A DNA stretch of 31,543 nt from the NCBI GenBank assembly GCA_051747585.1, contig JBNJGH010000032.1:1-31543 (forward strand), written 5' to 3'. The notes under the pieces were generated by a model. The model was not told where the DNA came from. It was given only the letters and a program-made list of their open reading frames with translations, and ran no database searches. This DNA is from Candidatus Rifleibacteriota bacterium. GTDB taxonomy: Bacteria > Muiribacteriota > Ozemobacteria > Ozemobacterales > Ozemobacteraceae. The translations under genes were made by a program, and so were the position numbers. This document shows positions 1 to 9,092 of this stretch, in pieces (the first letter of the stretch is position 1; the number at the start of each line of letters is the position of its first letter).

Positions 1-2
1 AA

Positions 3-89
3 AACGTTAAATACGACGTAGATGCCGACAACGACAATGTCGATCTCAAATATTGTGGCCCCACCCTGGGTGTAGTCGCCCGCTTCTAA
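3..89 (+). CDS. 3' end of a probable outer-membrane beta-barrel protein (partial, runs off window start)
   Basis: Own translation from base 3 gives NVKYDVDADNDNVDLKYCGPTLGVVARF*, with TAA at 87-89. The alternating hydrophobic C-terminal strand ending in Phe is the typical beta-signal. A terminator follows. Confidence 0.6.
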   Translation, partial: NVKYDVDADNDNVDLKYCGPTLGVVARF

Positions 90-110
90 AAATCTCACTG
101 ACAGAATAAT

Positions 111-165
111 GTCATTGCGAGGAACTCTGCGTAGCTTCATGCGAAGCAGAATGACGAAGCAATCT
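111..165 (+). repeat. 55-bp palindromic REP-like element, family A, copy 1 (GTCATTGCGAGG...GACGAAGCAATCT with inner hairpin)
   Basis: 50/55 identical to 15364-15418 by manual alignment. Inner stem TCTGC/GCAGA. Confidence 0.9.
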
Positions 166-186
166 CTAACTGGTATAATTCTAAAC

Positions 187-223
187 AAGAAGCCGCCCCT
201 TTATGGGCGGCTTCTTTACTTTT
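187..223 (+). terminator. Rho-independent terminator
   Basis: 12-bp stem AAGAAGCCGCCC (187-198) / GGGCGGCTTCTT (205-216), 6-nt loop, followed by a T-rich tract, downstream of the stop at 89. Confidence 0.85.
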
Positions 224-292
224 CTTAAGATTAACCTGATTGAACACCTGGCAAAAAAGAACTAAACTATTTTATCCGGGAGGGCATAATTA

Positions 293-1624
293 ATGAATAA
301 AGCTCGTTTTCAAACTTTTCTGATACTTACCCTGATATTATCTGCTTCGTCTTTGTTAGCTGCCGATAAAAAAGATTTATGGACATTATCCGATTGTCTT
401 ACCTACGCCCTCGAAAATCATCCCCAGATAAAGATTGCCAAAACCTCGATCGATGGCCAAAAAGCTTCACTTAAGCAGAGCAAGGCTTATTGGGATCCAA
501 GGCTCGATCTCAGCGCCGGGTTTAATCGCCGCAAAGTCGAATCCGGCTTCACTACAGATGCAATGGTCGACAGCACCTCAGAATCCCTGGGGGTTAAAAA
601 AATAATTTCAGATTCCGGCAAGAACCGCTTTGAGCAGGAATCATTAAAAAAACAGTTAAAAGCTGCCCGGGCCCAATATAGTAATGGTCTCATCGAAATT
701 GCCGCATCGGTTAAAAAAGCTTTTTACCAGGCTCAGCAGGCTCGTGCCCTCGTACAGGTCAGGCTAGATACCCTCGATGGTTTTAAAAAGCATTTAAGCA
801 AGGTCGAAGATTACGTCGAAGTGGGTACCCGGCCACCTTATGATATAACCAGAGCCAGGGTCGATGTGGCTAATGCAAATGTAGAGTTGATTTCGGCTCG
901 AAGCAGGTTTAAAGTTACAAAATCAAATCTGGCCCGCGCAATCGGTTTGCAAGACAGGCTGGAAGTCGAAGAGTTCTTGATCGATAAGCTGCCTGAGCTC
1001 GATATCAATAAGAATGATTTAAAAGAAAAAGCTTTTGAACGCCCTGAAATAAAATCAGCCATGCTTCAAGCCGAGTCAGTCGATAATCAAATCAAGGGCA
1101 TAAAAAGAAGTTTAAAGCCGGTTGTTTCGGCGTCAGCAGATTATTCCTGGTCGGGAACCACAACTCCTCTTGATCGTCAGTGGCGTGCTTCGGTAAATTT
1201 GAGCTGGCCGATTTTTGATGGTAACCTTACCCGTGCCAGAATAGAAAGTGCAGAAAGTCAGCTGGTAAAAGCTCGCGAAAGTATAAAGAACCTCAGGCTT
1301 GGGGTAAATGCAGAACTTGAGAATGCAGTGACCGGCTTAAATGATGCTCTTGAACGCTTTAAAGCAACTCAGGTGCTTGTTCAGCAGGCAAGCGAAAGTG
1401 TTTATCTTGCTCAGGGCCGTTATGATGCCGGTATGGGGAATCCTCTCGAAGTGAATGATGCCAGAGTCGAATTGACTAGAGCCCGGGGGAATTACATTGT
1501 TGCTTTTTTTGACAGCCTTATTGCCCGTGCTGAGCTCGATCGCGTGACTGGTGATCTTCCCCGCGAATTTAAGTTTCAACCCATTGAAGAACACAAAATA
1601 GTATCCGGAGAAAACAACAAATGA
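293..1624 (+). CDS. TolC-family outer membrane efflux protein
   Basis: Signal peptide; TLSDCLTYALENHPQI N-terminal motif; SVNLSWPIFDG; AQGRYDAGMGNPLEVNDAR; GGGAGGG RBS upstream; first gene of an efflux operon. Confidence 0.92.
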   Translation: MNKARFQTFLILTLILSASSLLAADKKDLWTLSDCLTYALENHPQIKIAKTSIDGQKASLKQSKAYWDPRLDLSAGFNRRKVESGFTTDAMVDSTSESLGVKKIISDSGKNRFEQESLKKQLKAARAQYSNGLIEIAASVKKAFYQAQQARALVQVRLDTLDGFKKHLSKVEDYVEVGTRPPYDITRARVDVANANVELISARSRFKVTKSNLARAIGLQDRLEVEEFLIDKLPELDINKNDLKEKAFERPEIKSAMLQAESVDNQIKGIKRSLKPVVSASADYSWSGTTTPLDRQWRASVNLSWPIFDGNLTRARIESAESQLVKARESIKNLRLGVNAELENAVTGLNDALERFKATQVLVQQASESVYLAQGRYDAGMGNPLEVNDARVELTRARGNYIVAFFDSLIARAELDRVTGDLPREFKFQPIEEHKIVSGENNK

Positions 1625-2976
1625 AAAAACTTATTCTTTTTATAATTATTCTACTATTAATTGTCGGTTCTCTTGTCGGTTGGTATTTTTCAGGTTCTTC
1701 AAGAAAAGCAGGCTCATATATTACCGATAAAATAACCAAAGGCGATATAAAGATTACCATTTCTTCTACCGGCTCGTTAGCTGCTTTGAAAACCGTAGAA
1801 GTTGGTTCCCAGATAAGCGGAAACATTTTACAGCTTTATGCTGATTTCAATGACGAGGTCAAAAAAGGCCAATTATTGGCCCAGCTCGACCCGGCGACTT
1901 ATGAAGCCAGAGTTCAGCAGGCTAAAGCAAATCTGGAAAATGCCCGCGCCAGTTTAAAAAGCAGTGAAGCTCAACTTAAAAATCTCGAAGCATCCCTGTT
2001 GAATTCTCATAGTGAAGTGCAGGTCAGTAAAGCTAATATTCGTAAAGCTGAAGTTGCTGTTGAAGAAGCCGAGAGAAATTTTGGCCGTATCAAGGAACTT
2101 TTTGCCAAAAAGCTTGTTTCAGCAGCGGAACGTGACCAGTTGCTGACAACTCTTGAATCGCAAAAAGCTGCACTTGTCGCCGCCAGAGCCCAGCTCAATT
2201 CGGCAAGGGCAAGAACCCAGGCCATAAAGGCACAGATGGAGGCGGAAGATGCTCAGATTCTAGGCGCGGAAGCAAGAATCAAACAGATGGAAGCTCAGCT
2301 CAATATTGCTCAGATCGATCTAGATCGTACAAGAGTTTATTCTCCAATCGACGGAGTTGTAATTTCGCGTGATGTAGATGTGGGGCAAACAGTTGCCGCA
2401 AGTTTACAGGCTCCAAGGCTTTTTATCATTGCCCAGGATTTAAAAAAGATGCAAATAGACACAGCTGTAGATGAAGCCGATATAGGTAAGGTTGCCAAAG
2501 GTCAGAAGGTTACTTTTACAGTTGATGCATACCGTAACAGAACTTTTGAAGGTGTAGTTGAGCAGGTCAGACTTTCACCGGTGGTTACCTCAAATGTGGT
2601 TACTTATTCGGTTATGGTTAATGTTTTTAACAATGATTTATTGCTGAAACCCGGTATGACAGCAAGTGTGGAAATACTTTCAGCAAATCGAGAAGACGTG
2701 GTACGTTTGCCGACTCAGGCTTTATATTTTAAAGCCCCCGAAAATATGCAACATAAGATGGATGACCTTGTGAGCGAGCTTGCTACCGACACTCTGCCCG
2801 TTTGGATTCTTAATAAAAGACCTGAACTTAAAAAGGTTAAGATTGGTATATCCAACAATGATTATATTGAGGTTTTAGATGGTTCTCTGCAGCCTGGCGA
2901 CAGAGTTATAACCGGCTTGAATGGCAACTCGGCAGGCGCTTCCGGTCGCCGTCGAAGCATGAAAATACGGATGTAA
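1621..2976 (+). CDS. MacA-like periplasmic adaptor (membrane fusion protein)
   Basis: N-terminal TM anchor; VEVGSQISG lipoyl half; long coiled hairpin; SPIDGVVISRDVDVGQTVAASLQAP; LKPGMTA. ATGA overlap with the TolC stop. Confidence 0.93.
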   Translation: MKKLILFIIILLLIVGSLVGWYFSGSSRKAGSYITDKITKGDIKITISSTGSLAALKTVEVGSQISGNILQLYADFNDEVKKGQLLAQLDPATYEARVQQAKANLENARASLKSSEAQLKNLEASLLNSHSEVQVSKANIRKAEVAVEEAERNFGRIKELFAKKLVSAAERDQLLTTLESQKAALVAARAQLNSARARTQAIKAQMEAEDAQILGAEARIKQMEAQLNIAQIDLDRTRVYSPIDGVVISRDVDVGQTVAASLQAPRLFIIAQDLKKMQIDTAVDEADIGKVAKGQKVTFTVDAYRNRTFEGVVEQVRLSPVVTSNVVTYSVMVNVFNNDLLLKPGMTASVEILSANREDVVRLPTQALYFKAPENMQHKMDDLVSELATDTLPVWILNKRPELKKVKIGISNNDYIEVLDGSLQPGDRVITGLNGNSAGASGRRRSMKIRM

Positions 2977-2978
2977 TT

Positions 2979-3740
2979 ATGACTCAATCCCCTTTATTAG
3001 AAGTTAAAGACCTTTGTCGCACTTATTTTATGGATGGTGTGTCTGTTAAAGCATTGCAACATTTTAACCTGGCGGTACATCGAGGTGAATTTATTACCAT
3101 TATGGGAAGCTCGGGTTCTGGTAAATCTACTCTTATGCATATTCTGGGTTGTCTCGATCGGCCAACTTCAGGAACATATAAAATTGAGGGCGAAGATGTT
3201 TCTAATTTCAGTCGTGACGAGCTTGCTGTAATTCGCAATCGTAAAATCGGCTTTGTTTTTCAAGGGTTCAATCTTTTATCGAGAACAAGTGCCCTGGAAA
3301 ATGTAGAACTACCAATGATTTATGCCGGGGTTGCCCCAGATATCCGCCACGAAAAAGCCATGCAGGCTCTCGATTCTGTTGGGCTCAAAGGACGTGAGCA
3401 TCATCATTCAAACCAGCTTTCGGGTGGTCAGCAACAGAGAGTTGCAATTGCTCGATCGCTGGTCAATAACCCTGCTGTTATACTTGCCGATGAACCTACG
3501 GGTAATCTTGATTCATATTCCAGTGTCGAAGTTATGGGTATCTTTCAAGACCTCAACGACAAAGGAATTTCCATTGTGCTTATAACTCATGAACCCGACA
3601 TCTCTCATTATGGCAAACGTCTGGTTCACCTGTCAGATGGTATGATGATCGATGATCAGCTTGTGCCCGATCGTCTTATAGCCGCTGAAGAGATAAAAAA
3701 TATGCCAAAGCGTGAAGTTGTTGAGGAGCAAAGCAAATGA
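2979..3740 (+). CDS. MacB/LolD-type ABC transporter ATP-binding protein
   Basis: Walker A GSSGSGKST, signature LSGGQQQRVAIAR, Walker B ILADEPTGNLD, H-loop ITHE. Confidence 0.96.
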   Translation: MTQSPLLEVKDLCRTYFMDGVSVKALQHFNLAVHRGEFITIMGSSGSGKSTLMHILGCLDRPTSGTYKIEGEDVSNFSRDELAVIRNRKIGFVFQGFNLLSRTSALENVELPMIYAGVAPDIRHEKAMQALDSVGLKGREHHHSNQLSGGQQQRVAIARSLVNNPAVILADEPTGNLDSYSSVEVMGIFQDLNDKGISIVLITHEPDISHYGKRLVHLSDGMMIDDQLVPDRLIAAEEIKNMPKREVVEEQSK

Positions 3741-4951
3741 GTTTCTGGGAAATTATTAAACTGGCTTTGAAAAGTCTTGGTAGAAACAAACTTCGCTCTT
3801 TTTTAACTGCTTTGGGGATTATTATTGGTGTTACTTCAGTTGTGGCAATGGTAGGCCTTGGTCAGGGCGCTTATTATTCTGTTCAGGAAAACATTGCCAG
3901 CATGGGCACTAACCTGATTATGGTATTTCCCGGAACGTCTAAAAGAAGGGGATTTCATGGCCCAAGGGGCTCTATAACCACCCTGACACCTGAAGACAGT
4001 CGTGCAATAGCAAGGGAATGTCCATCGGTAGGTCTTTCTACCCCTGTCGTCAGAAGTAGCGGACAGGCAGTTTTTGGTAATCAAAACTGGTCTTCGAGTG
4101 TAATGGGGGTTAATGAATCTTATCTCGAAATTTCTTCGCGAAAAATTGCTGTGGGCAGATTTATGAATGCAGCTGAAGCCAGATCGGGCGAAAAGGTATG
4201 TATTCTTGGAAAAACCGTGGTAACAAACCTTTTTGGCAATCTGAATCCAATTGGTCAGACAATAAGATTTAAAAAGCTCCCGTTAGAGGTCATAGGAGTC
4301 CTTGAAGAGCGCGGGGAAACCTCTATGGGATCTGACCAGGATGATGTGATAATAGTGCCATTTCCCGCAATTCAAAGAAGAGTGCTTGGTATCGATTATG
4401 CTCACATGCTCAATATTTCAGCTCGTACTCCCGAACTGGTCGAATCGGCCAAAGATGAAATTTCCAGGCTTCTTACCCTTCGTCACAGATGTGTTGAGGG
4501 CGAAGAAGACTTTCGTATCAGAACTCAGGAAGACATAGCCGAAATGGCGGGTTCTACACTTGCTATTATTGCCATGCTGCTGGGCAGTATTGCTTCGGTT
4601 TCGCTGCTGGTTGGCGGAATCGGTATAATGAACATTATGCTGGTATCGGTAACTGAGCGCACCCGTGAGATCGGAATAAGAATGGCTATAGGAGCCAAGA
4701 CTAGAGATATTCTGGTTCAGTTTTTGATCGAATCTGTTACCCTCTCCTGTATTGGCGGGGCAGTTGGTATTCTTGGAGGAATTGGATTGTCAAAAATAAT
4801 CAGTTATTTTGTTGATTTTCCACCCCTGGTTTCATGGCCGGCCATTATTATTTCTTTTGTATTCTCAGGAAGCGTTGGCGTCTTTTTTGGGCTTTACCCT
4901 GCCTGGAAAGCATCAAAGCTTGACCCAATCGAAGCATTCAGATATGAATAA
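3737..4951 (+). CDS. MacB-type ABC transporter permease (MacB_PCD + FtsX)
   Basis: RNKLRSFLTALGIIIGV; LLVGGIGIMNIMLVSVTERTREIGIRMAIGA; FFGLYPAWKASKLDPIEAFRYE. ATGA overlap with the ATPase gene. Confidence 0.95.
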   Translation: MSFWEIIKLALKSLGRNKLRSFLTALGIIIGVTSVVAMVGLGQGAYYSVQENIASMGTNLIMVFPGTSKRRGFHGPRGSITTLTPEDSRAIARECPSVGLSTPVVRSSGQAVFGNQNWSSSVMGVNESYLEISSRKIAVGRFMNAAEARSGEKVCILGKTVVTNLFGNLNPIGQTIRFKKLPLEVIGVLEERGETSMGSDQDDVIIVPFPAIQRRVLGIDYAHMLNISARTPELVESAKDEISRLLTLRHRCVEGEEDFRIRTQEDIAEMAGSTLAIIAMLLGSIASVSLLVGGIGIMNIMLVSVTERTREIGIRMAIGAKTRDILVQFLIESVTLSCIGGAVGILGGIGLSKIISYFVDFPPLVSWPAIIISFVFSGSVGVFFGLYPAWKASKLDPIEAFRYE

Positions 4952-4953
4952 AA

Positions 4954-5466
4954 TTAATTAGTGTCGCCGAGGTAAATTGTCGGGAAATTCAAATCAGAAT
5001 GTTTTTGTAACAGTTCGATGAAGGTTTTTGGGTAAAGTCGGAAATTTTTCAGTTCTTTGATTGGCAACCAGGAGACTCCGGTCTGCATGCAGTCGGCGTT
5101 GGGAATGAAGTCATCTTTTGCCCGGCCGGTTATTGTGCATTTAAAAAAGAATTCGATTTGATGTATATCAGGGTTGTATTCTGCGAATTCGTGGTTGGCA
5201 GAAATATATTCTCTTATTAAAACAAGTTCGCCGACTTTTATCGTAACACCGGTTTCTTCATAGCATTCACGCTTTAAAGCTTCGGTGAGAGTTTCCCCGT
5301 GCTCCTGTCCACCTCCGGGTAAGAGGTAAAAATTACCGAACAGATCTTTGTTTCTGGTGGTAAGAATTTTTTCGTTTTCGACAATAATTGCTTTAGCCGA
5401 GGTCCTTAAAGGCTTGCCGGGCAGTGCGAAAGCAGTTTGGTTTTTGTTTTTAATTTTTTTCTTCAT
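4954..5466 (-). CDS. Nudix hydrolase
   Basis: Nudix box GGGQEHGETLTEALKRECYEETG. ATG at 5466 is preferred over TTG at 5472; the start overlaps the end of the upstream gene. Confidence 0.9.
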   Translation of the reverse strand: MKKKIKNKNQTAFALPGKPLRTSAKAIIVENEKILTTRNKDLFGNFYLLPGGGQEHGETLTEALKRECYEETGVTIKVGELVLIREYISANHEFAEYNPDIHQIEFFFKCTITGRAKDDFIPNADCMQTGVSWLPIKELKNFRLYPKTFIELLQKHSDLNFPTIYLGDTN

Positions 5467-6469
5467 TGTCAATTTTACTGGTTAGAACTATGCTGTTCTG
5501 GTTTTGTCTGCTTTCAAAAAAATGAATTATAAAAGCCGAAACCTTTCTGCTTAAAGTTCTTTCTGCATCTAGACCCGCCTCAGCTTCCAGAAACAGGCTG
5601 TTTCCTTTTGAGCTAACACTGAAGGTTGCGACCTTATTAAAGAAATTGTTAAAAAGCTCGAGACCTGTTTCAATTTCTTTATGTAGAAGTTCACGCTTTT
5701 GGGTTTCAGGAGCATAAAGTTGTGCTTTTGTAAGTCTGGCATCGCCAATGAATCTCAAATGTTTCAGGACATTTAAGGTTTCGGGCATTCTAATTGTAGA
5801 AGAAGCCATGCCCTGTTTGAGAAGTTCTAAGTCAATTTCTCCAGCCAGTGCGGGTTTGCCTTTCAGCATTTTTTTAAAAGTTGTGAATCTGGAATGAAGG
5901 TAATCTTGATTGTTTTGCAGTCGTGAGATTATCTCTTTGCTCGAAACTTTGGGGCAAAGCGCTATAAGTTTTGCATCAGCCCATAATACAAGCTCGTTGT
6001 AACTATTGTCGCTGTCTTTATTTAGGTCAAGCTCGATTAAAATTGTGCTGCTACCCGTATCAGTTCTGCCCATTTGCTGTTTAAGTCGTTCTACATCAAA
6101 TTCACCGCTTAAAATAAAGGCAAATTTTGTCCTGTTTTTAAAGTAAAAATACAGTTCTTCGGGGCGTTGATTATTGTTAAGAAACTTTTTTTCAAACAGG
6201 TTTTCCGGATTGTGTTCCTTTTTTATTCCCTTTTGTTTTAAAAAATTTTTAATGCTTTCGTTAATTTCTGCCAGAGCCTCTTTTGCTGTTTCATCTCGAT
6301 TATAAATACCACTGACTGCCAGGTTATGATAAAACATCGCCGCGGGTTCGTTTAACGGGGCATGTATGAAAGTATCAGCTTGTTGTCCCTTGAAACCGGG
6401 TAGCAGACTGATTATTAAAATAAAACTCGCCGCAATTAATAGTGGCCTGGTAAATCGTGTAAAATTCAT
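5450..6469 (-). CDS. Hypothetical exported or membrane-anchored protein
   Basis: 339-aa ORF with an N-terminal hydrophobic signal/anchor, co-oriented with and overlapping the Nudix gene. No family recognised. Confidence 0.75.
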   Translation of the reverse strand: MNFTRFTRPLLIAASFILIISLLPGFKGQQADTFIHAPLNEPAAMFYHNLAVSGIYNRDETAKEALAEINESIKNFLKQKGIKKEHNPENLFEKKFLNNNQRPEELYFYFKNRTKFAFILSGEFDVERLKQQMGRTDTGSSTILIELDLNKDSDNSYNELVLWADAKLIALCPKVSSKEIISRLQNNQDYLHSRFTTFKKMLKGKPALAGEIDLELLKQGMASSTIRMPETLNVLKHLRFIGDARLTKAQLYAPETQKRELLHKEIETGLELFNNFFNKVATFSVSSKGNSLFLEAEAGLDAERTLSRKVSAFIIHFFESRQNQNSIVLTSKIDNEEKN

Positions 6470-6554
6470 TGCAGTTGTAATATCGGTAGTTTGTTATCAA
6501 TTTTTCATGCTTTTGTGTCGATTTATTCTGCTAAGAGAAATCCTCTCTGGCATT

Positions 6555-8393
6555 ATGAAAATATTTTTTTCCACAAAAACATTTTATAAGATTTTTCTTG
6601 TTATTTTTCTGATTCTGATATGCACGCAGAATCTTACTGCTGCTGCCTGGAAACTCAGCAGAAGTTTCTGGACAGAACAAGACGAAAAAATATATGAAAA
6701 CTTTGTTAAGGCACTTGGTGAGTCTAAGCATGGGAATTTAAACCGCTTTATAAGAGATGCAAAGGCAAACCCTCTTTATGGTCAGGAAGACAAACATTTT
6801 AATTTGTACCCCGATTGTGCCGACCTGCCATATCTTTTAAGGGCTTATGTGGCTTATAAGCTTCGATTGCCTTTCGGATACGTAAGTAAAATCGCGGGTA
6901 AAGGTGGTGATCCAAGATATAGTTATGGTAATCATCCGGTTGAGTTTAAAGATCAGGATTATTTTTCATCTCCGCAGAAATTGTTCAGCAAGGTTCTTCT
7001 GATTAATTCCGGTTTTTATAGAATGAAACCCGGCGTTGAAAATTCTGATCATTATCCGGTTAAAATTCAGCCTGAATCTATCAAGCCGGGTACGATCTAT
7101 TATGATCCTAATGGCCATGTGGCTGTTGTCTACAAGGTTCGCTCAGATGGAAGAATAAAGGTGATAGATGGACACCCGGATCGTACTATCTCCAAACCCT
7201 GGTTTGGTTCAAAGTTTGTTCGTGGAAATAAGAAAAATGGCGGTGGCTTTAAGAGGTGGCGGCCTCTTAGATACACTTCAAACGGTAAAATAAGCCGGGC
7301 AAGCAACCATAATATACCTGATTTTTCCGCAGAAGATCAGTACAGGCAGAAGTATTCCTATAAGGGCAGAAATGGCCTGTCTTATTATGATTATTGTCGG
7401 GCTCGTCTTTCTAAAACATCTGTAAAATTTGATCCGGTTAACGAATTCAGATTTATGATGAAAGAATTATACGAAGATATAAAATATCGGGTTCTTGCAG
7501 TTGATATATGTATAAAAAAAGGAATCGACAAAAAAACTCATCCCGGAGCATTGCCCTGGAATATTTATGGTACAAGCGGCATATGGGAAGAGTTCTCTAC
7601 GCCTTCGCGGGATGCGCGCTTGAAGATGGCTTTTAAGGGCTTTTACGAAAGAACAGTTCGTATGGTTCTAGATCTTTACAAAATAAATCCGCAGCAGTCG
7701 CTAAGGTTGGCTTCTGACTTGTTAAATCTTTATGATAATTTAAGTCCGGCCCTTAGTGTAAGTTATACTGATTCGGCCGGAAACACTCGTGTTCTTGATT
7801 TTAATGAAGTTTGTCAGCGGTTGTTCAGACTTTCTTTTGATCCTTACCATTCAATTGAATATCGTTGGGGAGCTTCTGACAAGGTTCTGGCTCTGTCGCC
7901 AGACAATCATACCAAAAAGAAATTTTATGACCTCGAGCAAAGGTTAAGAAATCAGCTCGAAAGGGTTTATAATTGCCACACACCGTTAAGTATGGGACCG
8001 AAACAACCGCCTCAGGTAAATGTAAGAAAGTGGCTGGTTAATTTTCTCGAAGGTAAAATCTCTTTGCCGGTTAAGTTGGCATCGGTTTCAAATGCAGTTA
8101 AAGCCGCTAACTCAACCTCTGCCGGCTCCAAAAGCGATTTAGACAAGATTCAGAAGAAAAAATCCGTCATGCTTGTTGAAAAAGAAAAGCTTGAAGTCGG
8201 CAAAAAGCTTGAACTAGAGCCTGAAATAAAGCCGGAATTAAAACCGAAATCAGAGCCGGATGAAATACAAGTTAAAGATTTCGTTGAAGACTTGATTAAT
8301 CTGGGCGATAACTTTGCAGTTTCGTTATTAGATGCAAAATTGAGCCCTGAGACTGAGATTGTTGCAGATAAAGATAATTTTCCTTTTCCCTAA
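6555..8393 (+). CDS. Large secreted hypothetical protein, putative NlpC/P60/papain-like cysteine hydrolase
   Basis: The start was moved to ATG 6555, which gives a clean signal peptide ending TAAA/W and avoids overlap with the divergent gene. Motifs YPDCADLPY, NGHVAVVY and VIDGH; low-complexity EP/K-rich tail. Confidence 0.7.
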   Translation: MKIFFSTKTFYKIFLVIFLILICTQNLTAAAWKLSRSFWTEQDEKIYENFVKALGESKHGNLNRFIRDAKANPLYGQEDKHFNLYPDCADLPYLLRAYVAYKLRLPFGYVSKIAGKGGDPRYSYGNHPVEFKDQDYFSSPQKLFSKVLLINSGFYRMKPGVENSDHYPVKIQPESIKPGTIYYDPNGHVAVVYKVRSDGRIKVIDGHPDRTISKPWFGSKFVRGNKKNGGGFKRWRPLRYTSNGKISRASNHNIPDFSAEDQYRQKYSYKGRNGLSYYDYCRARLSKTSVKFDPVNEFRFMMKELYEDIKYRVLAVDICIKKGIDKKTHPGALPWNIYGTSGIWEEFSTPSRDARLKMAFKGFYERTVRMVLDLYKINPQQSLRLASDLLNLYDNLSPALSVSYTDSAGNTRVLDFNEVCQRLFRLSFDPYHSIEYRWGASDKVLALSPDNHTKKKFYDLEQRLRNQLERVYNCHTPLSMGPKQPPQVNVRKWLVNFLEGKISLPVKLASVSNAVKAANSTSAGSKSDLDKIQKKKSVMLVEKEKLEVGKKLELEPEIKPELKPKSEPDEIQVKDFVEDLINLGDNFAVSLLDAKLSPETEIVADKDNFPFP

Positions 8394-8471
8394 CAAAATT
8401 TCAGACATTTTCCGATATGAAAATTACTGAAATCAAAACGGCTGAAATATTTATTTTATGGAGGTTTAAGC

Positions 8472-8585
8472 ATGTTTATACTTGCGCTTCTTCTGGTTTT
8501 GCTCTTTTTTGTAGCTCTTGTAACTGAACCAGAAAGCTGGCCCCAGAAATTCGCAAGTTTTTTGAGGGAGCATAAACACTCATAA
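8472..8585 (+). CDS. 37-aa single-TM small protein (absent from the ORF track)
   Basis: GGAGGT RBS at 8460-8465, ATG at 8472. Translation MFILALLLVLLFFVALVTEPESWPQKFASFLREHKHS*. Stop TAA (8583-8585) overlaps the ATG of the next gene (TAATG). Confidence 0.75.
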   Translation: MFILALLLVLLFFVALVTEPESWPQKFASFLREHKHS

Positions 8586-9079
8586 TGAACGAATATTTGA
8601 CAATAACTGAAGTCAGCCGACTTACAGGTCTGGCATCTCATACTTTGAGATATTACGAAAAGCAGTTCCCGGTGATTCTTGATGTAGAAAGAACCAGGGG
8701 CGGTCATCGGCTTTATCGGCATCATCATCTCGAAGCTCTTAAATCAATTATCAAGCTACTTAAAAAAGATAAATTAAGTATTAGAGCGGCAAGAAGAATT
8801 CTTGGTGAAAATGATCCCGATGACAAACAGGTTAGATTGCAAGATAAGAATGATGACGCCGCTGAGTTGAATCAAACAATGGCCCTTGTTCTTGAAAGGC
8901 TCGATTGTCTATGTCGGTCTAGCGAAAGACGTGATACTCTTCTTGAAGCTTTTTTGCGAAAAACTTCTACAGATGAAGAAACCGAATTAATCGAGCAAAT
9001 TACGAGGTGTAGACAGGAAACAAAAGCGACCATGAGAATGTATAAATCTTTAATGTCGCGCTGGAATAAAACAAACTGA
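8585..9079 (+). CDS. MerR-family HTH protein with C-terminal helical/coiled-coil region
   Basis: LTITEVSRLTGLASHTLRYYEKQF...RTRGGHRLY MerR winged HTH; LSIRAARRIL. Confidence 0.88.
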   Translation: MNEYLTITEVSRLTGLASHTLRYYEKQFPVILDVERTRGGHRLYRHHHLEALKSIIKLLKKDKLSIRAARRILGENDPDDKQVRLQDKNDDAAELNQTMALVLERLDCLCRSSERRDTLLEAFLRKTSTDEETELIEQITRCRQETKATMRMYKSLMSRWNKTN

Positions 9080-9092
9080 ATGATAAATTATT

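Noticed and set aside
6366..6554. N-terminal extension of the 675-aa ORF
   Set aside because: It overlaps the divergent gene start at 6469; ATG 6555 gives a proper signal peptide.
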